NCBI GenBank assembly: GCA_022750205.1
Contig: JAKIWD010000002.1
Coordinates: forward strand, 1 to 54,245
Source: Thermoplasmata archaeon
GTDB taxonomy: Archaea; Thermoplasmatota; Thermoplasmata; Lutacidiplasmatales; UBA184
Direction: 5' to 3'
DNA: 54,245 nt
The position numbers and the translations under genes were made by a program. Position 1 is the first letter of the stretch; each line of letters opens with the position of its first letter. The notes beneath the pieces were generated by a model. That model ran no database searches, had not been told where the DNA came from, and saw nothing but the letters and a program-made list of their open reading frames with translations. Of the stretch, positions 26,312 to 35,756 are shown one piece after another.

Positions 26312-27714
26312 GCGAGGAAGCGTTCACCGCCTTCCACGTCGGCGACAAGCTCCGGGGCCACCTTGAGCCCCCGTGGGAAGTGTACGGAGAACGGCTGAAA
26401 CGCTACGAACTGCACCTCAACGGGGGGAGCATCGAAATGGAACGCGGACCCCTGCAGCTCGAAGGATTCGGGCTGCGGCTCTTCCGACCGCACGGCGAAC
26501 AGCTCGGGGTCGGGTTTGTCTCGACGACCGACCTCTCGGCCGCCGGGATAAGTCGCGCCTCCACCGACGCGGAGGCCACGGCCAAGTTCGCGCGCTTTCC
26601 GGCCCGCCGGGTCGAACTCCCCTCCACATTGAACGGGGGCGGCTCGAACGTGGAGACCGTCGACACGGCCCTGTGGAACGATCCGACCAAAGCGCTGGCC
26701 GACTACGTCCACGCGCTGCTGACCCCGTTCGAGGGCCGCGCTCAGGAGGTCCCGAGCTTCGGCTCGGTCCGCGCCTCCCTGAGCGAGGCGACCCTCACCA
26801 ATTCCGAAGGCATCCAGCGGCGCGTCCGACGCACCCAGGTCGACCTGGAGATCGCGGTCAAGTCGTCGGGCGGACCCGAAGGGCGACCCCCGGGGGAGTA
26901 CTGGGTCACCCGGCGCACGTGCGACCTCTCCACGCGGGGCCTCGCTGGCCAGGTCGACACCTGGTGCCAACGGGCTCGGGACGTGCGCGTCGCCGAGCCG
27001 ATGCCCTCCGGCATCCAGAACGTGGTGCTGCCGCCCGCCGTGCTCGCGGACGTGCTTCCGGCCATCCTCGGGTACCGGATGAGCGGCTCGGCGGAGCTGC
27101 GGAAGATGGCGCCCACGCCGGGCGAACAGCTCGCGGCACCCGGGGTCTCCATCTTCGACGACGGACTCCTGCGCTTCGGCCTTGGCTCGGCCCCCTACGA
27201 CGACGAGGGTAGCCCCCAGGTCCGTCGGTCGCTCGTGGACAAGGGGGTCATCGGGACTCCCGCCTACGATCTGCTGCATGCGAGCGCGCTCGACCATCCG
27301 CCGACCGGGAACGGCCACCGAGGCTCCCCCCTCTCCCCGAACTGGTTCCATTTCGCCTACCCCCCCTCCCCGTCCGCGACCAATCTCGTCGTCGTCCCGG
27401 GCGATGGCGGCTCCGAGGAGGAGCTCCTGGAGTCTGCGCGGGACGGCCTCCTCCTCGACCAGCTGGGGTATGCCTTCCCGGACCCGGTCTCGGGAGCCTT
27501 CGGTGGTGAGGTCCGGATCGGCTACCGCATCCGCAACGGACGACGCGCCGAGCCGGTACGGGGTGGCACAGTCGGAGGGGTGGTTCTGGCGGGCCCGGGC
27601 GAGCCGTCGCTCCTGAACTCTATCAAAGGGATCGGCCGGACGGGCCATCTCGAAGCGAACTTGCAGGCGCCCACCCTCTGGGTGGCGGGCCTGGGCGTCG
27701 CGGGCGCGGGTTAG
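26308..27714 (+). CDS. pmbA: PmbA/TldE-family protein (TldD partner)
   Basis: Same-fold paralog lacking HExxxH. ATGA overlap with tldD. Size and C-terminal G-rich region typical of the family. Confidence 0.8.
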   Translation: MSEEAFTAFHVGDKLRGHLEPPWEVYGERLKRYELHLNGGSIEMERGPLQLEGFGLRLFRPHGEQLGVGFVSTTDLSAAGISRASTDAEATAKFARFPARRVELPSTLNGGGSNVETVDTALWNDPTKALADYVHALLTPFEGRAQEVPSFGSVRASLSEATLTNSEGIQRRVRRTQVDLEIAVKSSGGPEGRPPGEYWVTRRTCDLSTRGLAGQVDTWCQRARDVRVAEPMPSGIQNVVLPPAVLADVLPAILGYRMSGSAELRKMAPTPGEQLAAPGVSIFDDGLLRFGLGSAPYDDEGSPQVRRSLVDKGVIGTPAYDLLHASALDHPPTGNGHRGSPLSPNWFHFAYPPSPSATNLVVVPGDGGSEEELLESARDGLLLDQLGYAFPDPVSGAFGGEVRIGYRIRNGRRAEPVRGGTVGGVVLAGPGEPSLLNSIKGIGRTGHLEANLQAPTLWVAGLGVAGAG

Positions 27715-27723
27715 GCCGGCGCC

Positions 27724-27993
27724 CTAGCGTTTCAGTCGCAGGAGGATCGTGCCGCACGCCGCGCAGCGGCCAGCAGGGGCATTGGCCGAGTACGTTCCCA
27801 TGAACCCTGTGGGAACGAGGACCTCGAGACCTGTGGGCCTGAGACGGGTATCCGTGGCTTCCCGCGCCCAGAACAGCCCGGAGCCATTGGTCGTCGTCAC
27901 AAACCCCTCCTCCAGGGGTCCTCCACAGGTCGCGCACGTTGAATCCGGCATGGATGCGTCCACCCGGGCCAGCCGATAGGGACTATCTTTCAT
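27724..27993 (-). CDS. Small zinc-ribbon protein (CxxC ... CxxC)
   Basis: STCATCGGPLEEGFV..LFW.. and ..GRCAACGTILL. 89 aa, convergent with pmbA (9-nt gap). Confidence 0.55.
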   Translation of the reverse strand: MKDSPYRLARVDASMPDSTCATCGGPLEEGFVTTTNGSGLFWAREATDTRLRPTGLEVLVPTGFMGTYSANAPAGRCAACGTILLRLKR

Positions 27994-28351
27994 TTACGGC
28001 GCTCCGGAACCCTGCTCCGGCGAATGGCTACGGCGATAGATTCAGCTCGATCGGGGGGAAAACACTGCCCCCGCGGACCTCCGGGTAAAGCCCGCGGGGG
28101 CGTCAGACATCGTGAGGGCGTGATTACAGCCCGACCAGCGTCATCTCAATCGCTCCGTCGGGGAGAAGTGGTGCGAGGCGAGGAGGGCTTCCAGCCACCG
28201 CCGAGGGGGGTGAGCCAGGACGGCCACTGGTTCTCCAGCGCCGGGAGCGCGGGGGAGGCCATGCCGAACAGGATCCCGCCCGGGGAAGGGGCCGAAGGGC
28301 TGGGGCGGCGCGAGCGAGGGGCGGCTTCAAGGCGAACCGTCTCGGCGAGCA

Positions 28352-28705
28352 TTAGAGGTAGTCCTCCAGGTGCGAGGGCATCGGCCACGGGACGGCCAGG
28401 CCGCTGGGCTTGCGCGGGGAGGCAGAGACCGCGGTCGGCTGCGGGAGGGGGGGCAGCATCGGCTCGCTGTCCCCGATGAGCTCCACCGTGAACGGTTGGG
28501 GCTTCGGGCGGCTGGCGTGGCCCTCCGTGACGGTGGGGATCGATCCGAAGACCACCAGGGGGCACTCTCGCGTCCGCGGCAGAAGACTGCCCAGGCGCGA
28601 GTCCTGGTGGGAATGACCGCACGACGGGCAAACGTCCACCTGCATCAGCATCGTGCTGATGCCTCCGAGGTAGGCGCCACTTCCCGCCGTTCGCGTCATC
28701 TGCAA
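28352..28705 (-). CDS. Hypothetical small protein with an N-terminal CxxC motif
   Basis: ..MLMQVDVCPSCGHSHQD.. followed by a Pro-rich tail. More protein-like than the overlapping frame 28146..28709. Confidence 0.4.
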   Translation of the reverse strand: MQMTRTAGSGAYLGGISTMLMQVDVCPSCGHSHQDSRLGSLLPRTRECPLVVFGSIPTVTEGHASRPKPQPFTVELIGDSEPMLPPLPQPTAVSASPRKPSGLAVPWPMPSHLEDYL

Positions 28706-28796
28706 GCAAGAGTGGGGCTTTCTGGCTACTTAAACCCCGCCCGATATTTTGTACAAAATAACTCTATGTAGGGGGAGGTCGCTTCACTGGGTTGCT

Positions 28797-31277
28797 GTGC
28801 CCGTAGTCAGCTACCTCCCGGCGGAGATTCTCGACTATGTCGAGACCCACGCCCCGACCGAGGAGGGATCGTTCGGGATCAGCCAGCGGGAGCTGGCCAA
28901 GGCGCTCGGCTACCACCCTTGCTCGATGTCCCGTCCTCTCGCAGAGCTACTCGAGCGGGGCTACCTCCGGGGCCACCGGGGAAACGTCCGCGGGGGGCTC
29001 CGTAAGCAGCTTGTCTACACGCTCACCGACCCCGGTCGCGCGCATCTTCGGCGCGAAACGAAGGACGTGCCATTGCTCTCCGGGGCGATTCCTCCCCCCC
29101 CGAACCCGTTTCTCGGAAGACGTGAGGAGCTGGACGAGCTGAAATCGGCCTGTCAGGAAGGCGGGATCGTATTCGTAGAGGGGCCACCGGGAATGGGGAA
29201 GACGGCCCTGATCAGCCGGCACATCCGCGCCCTGAGGGCGGGCCGGGTTCCGTTCTGGTTCACGGTCCGCTCGGGTTCGGCACCGCGCCACTTCGCTACG
29301 GCCCTCGCCCGGGCGTTGGCCCCGCTCGGGGCTCAACAGCTCGCCTACTACGCCCAACTGCCCCGCCAGCCGGTCGGGAGGGAGGTCGCCGACCTCGCGC
29401 GCCGGGCGCTGGAGGATCGACCGTTGATCACTGTGATCGACGATATCCAGTCGGCCGGCCCCGATTCCCGCAAGTTTCTCGAGGAGGTCGTTTCCGGGCT
29501 CTGCCGCGAGAACCCGAATCACCTGTTCCTGATCGTGGGTCAGATACCCCCGTTCTTCGACCCCCCGTCGATCCCTCACCACCACATGGTCCTCGGGGGC
29601 CTCGATCGCGCCGCGGCGCATGAGCTGACGGACCGACGTGGAGGGCTCGCTGACCGCTTCGAATCGGTGTATCAGGACAGCCTCGGCAGTCCGCTCCTGC
29701 TGCAGCTTTCGGTTGGGGCTCCCGACGTGGAGGCGACTGCCCACCGATTGCCGGCCGCCGTCGTGGAGCGGCTCTCCAAGGTGGAGCTCGCGGGGCTGCT
29801 TCCCCTGGCCCTCGCAAACGAGCCGCTGCCCGGTAGTTTTGCGGTGGAGGCGAGCGGGATGCCGGCGGTCCGGATCGAGCAGTTCATCAAAGCGGGGGTG
29901 CTTCAGGGGACGGTCCAAGACCGACTCGAACTCCTTCAGCTGTTCCGATCGGCGCTCCTCTCCAAGGTAATTCCGTCGGAGGAACGCGCGGCCCACCTCA
30001 AACTGGCGGCCTACTACGGACGAAGCCATCGTCCAGAAGCCGTTCGTGAGCGCTTCCTCCACTTGGTAGAAGGCGAAGCGTGGAAGCTCGCCACGCAACT
30101 GCTGACGGGGCAGGAGAAAACACTCCTCTCGCTGGGGTATTCCGATTCCCTGCGGTCGTCCCTCCGCCATCTCGCCGTGTCGCTGCCGAAGGGGCCCCAC
30201 CGGGTCCGTCTCTTCCGGGTGGAAGCCGCCATCCTACGGGCACACTCGGACTACCCCGAAGCCATCGCGTCGCTCCGGAGGGCGATCGAGGATTCGACCG
30301 ACGATGCGCGCTCCCAGGCGGAGTGCCTGATGCTGATCGTGGAGCTCCACGCCAGGATGCGACAGGTCGACGATGCCTCGCGTACCCTCGAGGAGGCCCG
30401 CGCGAAGGGACTGCCAACTCGACGGCTTCAGCTTCTCGCCCTCTTGAGCGAGGCCCGCATCCACGAGGTGCAGGGGGATCTCCCGCTCGCGCAATCCCAA
30501 TTCCAGCAGGCCTTCGAGCTCGCCAAGCGCGCTCGAGTCGGCGATCTCGCCTTGGAGGGTGTCGCGGCCTGGTCGAGGCTCGCGTCCCTCGGCGGAGATC
30601 GAGAGGCTGCGCTGAGCGTTGTCGCCGAGGGATTGAGCGACGCGCGCCAGTCCGGTCGCTTGGACATCGTATTCAACCTGCTGTTGGTCCGCGCCCGGGC
30701 GTACGCAGAGACCGGCCAGAAAGAGCTCGCGGAATCCGAAATGCGATTGCTACGGGCCGAAGCGGAATCCCTCGGCTACCTGAGCCAATTGACCTACACC
30801 CTCAGCGGACTGAGCGCCATGGCTGTCGAAGGGGAGCGGTGGAGCGAAGCGGTGGCGTACGCTCGGCAGGCGAGCGCGCTGGCCGAGAGGCTCGGAAATG
30901 ACACCGTGCTCGGGCACACCCTCGCCGTTCAGTGTGCGGGCGAGCTCCGGCAGGGGGTAGTGGACGACGCAAGGATCCATGGGGAACGAGCCGTGGCCGT
31001 TCTCAGCCGACTACCCCCCTCCGACTCGCTCGTGCTCGCCAGAGCCTACCTGACGGAAGTCTACCTCCAACTGAAGGAAGGGGCGAAGGCTCGCCAGGAG
31101 TACGACGCGGCGCTCGAACTCGCCGTCAAGATGGGGATGAACTGGTGGCGAGACCGTATCGAAGCGGAGATGGGGGAAAAAGTAGCCGCGCTCTCACCGG
31201 AAGGCTCAGGTCATGCGCGAGTTCAGGTGGCCCGAGGTGCCGCAGGCAGTCCCGAGCCGAGTGTGGGAGGGGGGTGA
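28797..31277 (+). CDS. wHTH - P-loop STAND/AAA ATPase - TPR-like repeat protein (signal-transducing regulator)
   Basis: N-terminal MarR/TrmB-like wHTH (ISQRELAKALGYHPCSMSRPLAELLERGYL..LVYTLTDPGRAHL); Walker A VEGPPGMGKTALI; Walker B LITVIDDIQ; ~450-aa helical repeat C-terminus. GTG 28797; the track starts at TTG 28749. Confidence 0.8.
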   Translation: MPVVSYLPAEILDYVETHAPTEEGSFGISQRELAKALGYHPCSMSRPLAELLERGYLRGHRGNVRGGLRKQLVYTLTDPGRAHLRRETKDVPLLSGAIPPPPNPFLGRREELDELKSACQEGGIVFVEGPPGMGKTALISRHIRALRAGRVPFWFTVRSGSAPRHFATALARALAPLGAQQLAYYAQLPRQPVGREVADLARRALEDRPLITVIDDIQSAGPDSRKFLEEVVSGLCRENPNHLFLIVGQIPPFFDPPSIPHHHMVLGGLDRAAAHELTDRRGGLADRFESVYQDSLGSPLLLQLSVGAPDVEATAHRLPAAVVERLSKVELAGLLPLALANEPLPGSFAVEASGMPAVRIEQFIKAGVLQGTVQDRLELLQLFRSALLSKVIPSEERAAHLKLAAYYGRSHRPEAVRERFLHLVEGEAWKLATQLLTGQEKTLLSLGYSDSLRSSLRHLAVSLPKGPHRVRLFRVEAAILRAHSDYPEAIASLRRAIEDSTDDARSQAECLMLIVELHARMRQVDDASRTLEEARAKGLPTRRLQLLALLSEARIHEVQGDLPLAQSQFQQAFELAKRARVGDLALEGVAAWSRLASLGGDREAALSVVAEGLSDARQSGRLDIVFNLLLVRARAYAETGQKELAESEMRLLRAEAESLGYLSQLTYTLSGLSAMAVEGERWSEAVAYARQASALAERLGNDTVLGHTLAVQCAGELRQGVVDDARIHGERAVAVLSRLPPSDSLVLARAYLTEVYLQLKEGAKARQEYDAALELAVKMGMNWWRDRIEAEMGEKVAALSPEGSGHARVQVARGAAGSPEPSVGGG

Positions 31278-31570
31278 GCCCCCCTCCCGGGAGACACGAA
31301 ATGGTTACAGTTGCTCGTGCGGAACAGGGGGGACAACCGGCAGGTACATGCTCTTGGACACCTCCAAAGTGCCCGCGCGGCGAAGCGGTATTTATAGGTT
31401 AGCGAGACGCGATGTGCCAGAACTCTCGGATATACGCCACGTATCCATGAGGGTACATCTGTATCAAAGTAAGAAATCCTATAACGCGGGGAACCCGGGC
31501 GTCGGGCTCACATGGTCCGACCGACTGTCGCGTCCCGCCGAACGCCGATCCGACGAGACGATGCGCCGCT

Positions 31571-32200
31571 TCACGTCTTGCCGGGGAGGGGTTTGAAGAG
31601 ATTCTCCTTGCGCATGCGATGGATCAGCTTCACGTCGTCGACATCGTACCGCGTCTCGGCCCATGGGTCGGCGATGTTCGAGTAGCCGCGGACCTCCCAG
31701 AATCCGGGTTCGTCCTGGGCGACAAAATTGAGCCCGCGCAGCCATTTGGCGCTCTTGTAGAAGTATCGTTGGGGAACGAGCATCCGCACCGGGCCACCGT
31801 GTTCTGCCGGTAGCGGTTTCTCGTCGTAGGTGTGGGCCAGGAGCACGTTGGGCTCCTTCAGCGCGCCGATCGGCAGCGAGGTGGTGAACCCCTGCTCGCA
31901 CTCAAAGATCACGAACGCCGCCTTGGGTGTGGGGCGAACTTTCTCGGCAAGGGCCGTGAAGGCTACGCCCCGCCACCGCGTTCCGAGCTTGGTCCAGGAG
32001 GTGACGCAGTGAATGTCCACCACGACATCCCGTTGCGGCAGCCCGAGCAGATCCGCGAAGGAGAAGGACTGCGGCGACTCGACTTCCCCGTGGACTTGGA
32101 GCTTCCAGGTTTGCGGCGTCAGCGAATAGGGCACCGCCCCGGCATGGAGCACGGGAAATCCGTGCGTGATCACCTGACCGGGAGGTACCTGTGACGCCAT
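31571..32200 (-). CDS. Sulfite-oxidase-family molybdopterin-binding oxidoreductase (small YedY/MsrP-like form)
   Basis: DIHCVTSWTKLGTRWRGV (Mo-ligand Cys context), HGGPVRMLVPQRYFYKSAKWL. Confidence 0.8.
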   Translation of the reverse strand: MASQVPPGQVITHGFPVLHAGAVPYSLTPQTWKLQVHGEVESPQSFSFADLLGLPQRDVVVDIHCVTSWTKLGTRWRGVAFTALAEKVRPTPKAAFVIFECEQGFTTSLPIGALKEPNVLLAHTYDEKPLPAEHGGPVRMLVPQRYFYKSAKWLRGLNFVAQDEPGFWEVRGYSNIADPWAETRYDVDDVKLIHRMRKENLFKPLPGKT

Positions 32201-32257
32201 CGACGATTCGAGGCGGACGCGCGTGATATCGTTTTCCGGAGGGGAAACGTCGGGGAC

Positions 32258-33289
32258 CTAGGCACGCACGGGGTGGATCTCGACCTCGTCACCCGTCCAG
32301 TCGAATCGCAGTCGCGGCCGACCCTTCCACACCTTTCGGCGATTCCAGAGGGCGCCCGCCAGTAACGGAAGTCCGATCGACGCGTCGAGGTGCGCCATCG
32401 CGCGCGTCGCGGTCTTGGAGATCTTCCCCCACGACTGGGCTTCGTCCAACGTGCTGCCGGAAAGTCCACCCCAGTGCGGCACGTCGGTCGTGATCTGGAG
32501 AGCGTAGTAGTGTCCCTCGCCCTCGCGGCCGAAGGCGTAGTTCGCCATCACGATCCCGTCGTTGATCCAGTTCTTCGGGGTGCCACCGCCGATGTAGATC
32601 ACCGCGGTCCGGGGCGAGTGCGTGAGGATCTGCACCAGCTCGTAATTGTCCCGCACGGCATCGAGCATGAACCGCGCGGCCGCCTTCCGGCGGGACTGGT
32701 AGTGCAGCGTGAGCCCGATGCCGATCGAGCTATCGATGAGCGCCGGGGAGAAAACCGGCACTCCCCGACGGGCGGCCGTCGCGAGGATCGATCCGGGGTC
32801 GTCGAACTTCGCACCCAAGAACGCGAGGTATTCGCGCGACGAGGCCGGCCGCGCGGGGAACTCGTCCGTGACCCGCCCGATCGCCCGGTCGGTGTCCTCG
32901 AACTTCATCTCGTCGACGTAGGTGTCGTAGATGCGATCAATGGCCAGCTCGCGCAACCGCACATCGTCGGCGCTCGGGGTGCCCATCCAATGCCGACCCC
33001 CGATCGTCTGGTAGATGTCCTGGTAGAGCACCGCGCCGGTCGACACCACTACGTCGACCACCCCCCACTCGATGAGGTCCCGCAGGACGGTGCGGAGCCC
33101 GGCGGCGATCAGCGGTCCCGAGAGCCCGATGAGCACCGTCGGGCGCTTCTTGTCGGTGAGCGCGTTTTCCCAGACGGTCAGGCAGCGTCCGAGGTTGCGC
33201 GCCTGGATCGAGGTTCGCTGGAACGCTACGAGCAGTTCTCCGAAATCGTGGACCGCCTTGACATCCACCGACTCGACCGGCGAGCGCAT
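32258..33289 (-). CDS. dys: Deoxyhypusine synthase
   Basis: IYIGGGTPKNW, ITTDVPHWGGLSGSTLDEAQSWGKI, VLIGLSGPLIAAGLR. ATG 33289 (MRSPVESV); the track ORF extends to 33502. Confidence 0.9.
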   Translation of the reverse strand: MRSPVESVDVKAVHDFGELLVAFQRTSIQARNLGRCLTVWENALTDKKRPTVLIGLSGPLIAAGLRTVLRDLIEWGVVDVVVSTGAVLYQDIYQTIGGRHWMGTPSADDVRLRELAIDRIYDTYVDEMKFEDTDRAIGRVTDEFPARPASSREYLAFLGAKFDDPGSILATAARRGVPVFSPALIDSSIGIGLTLHYQSRRKAAARFMLDAVRDNYELVQILTHSPRTAVIYIGGGTPKNWINDGIVMANYAFGREGEGHYYALQITTDVPHWGGLSGSTLDEAQSWGKISKTATRAMAHLDASIGLPLLAGALWNRRKVWKGRPRLRFDWTGDEVEIHPVRA

Positions 33290-33483
33290 CACCGCACGTC
33301 GCGCGCGTGCGAAGCCCTTCGCCACGGGCGTGCGAACGGGGTCGCCTAGATAAAACACGCGCGGCGCGGCGGGCTCCAGCTCCTCACGAGGGCTGGCGGG
33401 CAGGTCCAAATGTCGCACTCCGCCGGCTCTCGGAGTCTGTCGGCAGAACACTAATAAGCGGACTCGCGCCGTCGTGAGGTGCC

Positions 33484-35751
33484 GTGGCAGTCCGGGAGCC
33501 ACTGCCTGCCCCTTTCTTGCGAGCCGTGGAGAGCCTCGCGGACGGGAGCGGGCGGACCGTCGTCATCGCTGGGCCGGACGGCAGTGGGAAGTCGGCGCTC
33601 CTCGAACGCTTCCTCGCTCAACTTGAAAGCACGTCCACCCAGGTACGCTCCGGGCGAGGTGTCTATCGCGAGCGCGAAAGCCCGTTCAGCGCGATCACCT
33701 CCCTTTCCGGTTCCGGAGAGAAGGAGTCCTCCGACCCGTGGACGGGGACCGGGCCCGAAGAAGAGCCCGAGCTCGTTGAGGCTTCCCCGATCGCCGGGCT
33801 GGCCTACCTACCTCCACCGACGTCCGCGCCGCGACGGGCCCGCGGGGAACGGCAGAAGGGGCGGGTGCTCGGCGTCTCGTACGCCGTTCGGACGCGGGGA
33901 GTCCAGCGGGTCGAGCCCGCCGCCTATTGGAGTGGCCTCGTCGACGAGCTCGAGGGCCCGAACGCCGTCCCGATCGCGATCACCATCGAGGATGGTGCGT
34001 TCGTCGACGCCGAGAGTCGCGACCTCCTGCTCTACCTGTCCGAGCGCGCCCGGCTCCGCCCGCTCCTGTTGGTCCTGGTCCTGGACAGCTCCGACCCCTC
34101 GTTCCCGGCCTGGGAAGAGCGGCTCATGGGGCGACGTGACGTCGATTGGGTCCGGACCCCGAGTCCTCAGATCGACCCGCGCGAGATCAGTCAGGTCCGG
34201 CGCGCGTTCGAGATGCTGCCGGCCGGAGCCCGTCGGGTCCTCACGCTTACCTGTCTCATGGGCGGCTCGGTCTCGGAGGTCCACCTCGCCCGGATCGCCC
34301 GTCTCACGTTTTCCGAGCTCGCCGATGCCATCCTACCCGCGTCGGAGGCACATCTGGTCCGCGTCGAACCCGGCCGCGTCATCGTTCCCCACCAGCCGTG
34401 GATCCGATTCTTCCCCGGGCTTTCGCCCGCCCCGACGATCCGGGACATGCACCGCGAGATCGCGGAAGCGCTCGAGGCCCTCAACCCCGAGCCGAGCCTG
34501 AGCCGCCGGCGGGAACTGGCCGATCACTTTTTCGAGGCCGAGCCGGGCCCCGTGGCCCTGCGATACCTGCTCGAGTCGGCTGAACTCACGGCCCAGCTAC
34601 TGGACTTTGATGCCGTGGAAGCGCTCCTTGGCCGTGCGCTCCAGTGCGTGCCATCTCTCCCGGCCTCGGACCGTGCAGGGGTCGAGGCGGAGCTGCGGCT
34701 GTTCCGTGCGCGGGCGTTGCTGTTCAGTGGCCGCTCCGACGAGGCCGAGCGGGAGATCGGGGAAGCGATCACGGTCGCGGTACGGGAGCACATCGCGGAG
34801 GATCGATTGGAGGAATGGATCGAACCGCTCCTCGTGGCACTCCAGGCCGTGGGTCCGCGCCCGTCGCTCGTGAACCAGCTCGTGGAGCTCGCCGACCGCC
34901 TGGACGGGGCCGGCTATTTCGGCATCGAATCGCTCTTGAACCTCGTCGTCGTGGAAGACGAGGTCCAACGCGAGCGGCTGGACAAGGCTCGCCATGAATC
35001 CCATCGCGTAGGCCAGCTCGCGCGGCAGCACCCGGCCACTCCTCCCCTCGCGGCCGTCGCACTCATGTCCGTGGGTCTGACCCGCGCCCCGGGCGGTCTC
35101 GACGAGCAAGCGAAGGCAGACCGTTACCTGCGCTCGGCGGCACTCGCCCTCGGACAGCTGCGGCGTCCCGAACTCGAGCAGATGGCGATCGAGTACCGCT
35201 CCCGGCTCCTAGCCCTGCAAGGGAAGGTAGAGCTGGCGACCAACGCACGTCAACAGGCGATCTCGGTGGCCCAGCGGCTCCGACTTCCGTCGATCGAGGC
35301 CCTCCACCAGCTGGGTCTGGCGGAGATGACGCTCGACCGCGGCGCCAATCGCCGTTCGGAGAAGGCGCTACGTCGGGCGCGCGAGCTGGTCGAGCAACTC
35401 TACCTCGGCCCACCGGCCCTCGCCATACTCCGACTGTGGTTGTTGGAGGGTCGGCAGCTCGCCGCGGACTCGGAGATCGCGGATGCCCGCGATCGGTGGA
35501 GCACGCTCGGCGATCGCGTGGGGGGCGGGGTGCCGCGCGGAATGCGGGGAGAGGCGCTCCTCCGCCTCGCGACGCTCGAGCTCCTCCATGGGCGTCCCGA
35601 GGCGGCCGAGAGCGCCTTCTCGCGCCCCGAGGTCGCCGAGCTGTTCGGCGATCGGCCCCGGGAGTTCACCGAGTGGAGCGCACAGATCCGGGAGCTGGGG
35701 GATGCGGCCCAATCCGGCGGCGCCGTCCGAACCTCGCTCATGGGCGGATAG
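33484..35751 (+). CDS. AAA_16-type STAND P-loop NTPase with TPR-like C-terminal repeats and no recognisable effector or DNA-binding domain
   Basis: VVIAGPDGSGKSALLERF (Walker A), AITIEDGAFVDAESRDLLLYL..LLLVLVL (Walker B region), long helical repeat C-terminus. GTG start. Confidence 0.75.
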   Translation: MAVREPLPAPFLRAVESLADGSGRTVVIAGPDGSGKSALLERFLAQLESTSTQVRSGRGVYRERESPFSAITSLSGSGEKESSDPWTGTGPEEEPELVEASPIAGLAYLPPPTSAPRRARGERQKGRVLGVSYAVRTRGVQRVEPAAYWSGLVDELEGPNAVPIAITIEDGAFVDAESRDLLLYLSERARLRPLLLVLVLDSSDPSFPAWEERLMGRRDVDWVRTPSPQIDPREISQVRRAFEMLPAGARRVLTLTCLMGGSVSEVHLARIARLTFSELADAILPASEAHLVRVEPGRVIVPHQPWIRFFPGLSPAPTIRDMHREIAEALEALNPEPSLSRRRELADHFFEAEPGPVALRYLLESAELTAQLLDFDAVEALLGRALQCVPSLPASDRAGVEAELRLFRARALLFSGRSDEAEREIGEAITVAVREHIAEDRLEEWIEPLLVALQAVGPRPSLVNQLVELADRLDGAGYFGIESLLNLVVVEDEVQRERLDKARHESHRVGQLARQHPATPPLAAVALMSVGLTRAPGGLDEQAKADRYLRSAALALGQLRRPELEQMAIEYRSRLLALQGKVELATNARQQAISVAQRLRLPSIEALHQLGLAEMTLDRGANRRSEKALRRARELVEQLYLGPPALAILRLWLLEGRQLAADSEIADARDRWSTLGDRVGGGVPRGMRGEALLRLATLELLHGRPEAAESAFSRPEVAELFGDRPREFTEWSAQIRELGDAAQSGGAVRTSLMGG

Positions 35752-35756
35752 CGCGG

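Noticed and set aside
26239-27648. 469-aa minus-strand ORF antisense to pmbA, and the similar 25169..26278 ORF antisense to tldD
   Set aside because: Shadow ORFs opposite motif-bearing genes.
28146-28709. 187-aa alternative frame overlapping the 117-aa CxxC ORF
   Set aside because: Composition is dominated by A/P/R/G and it has no motif. The 28352..28705 frame is more protein-like, although it is itself only moderately supported.
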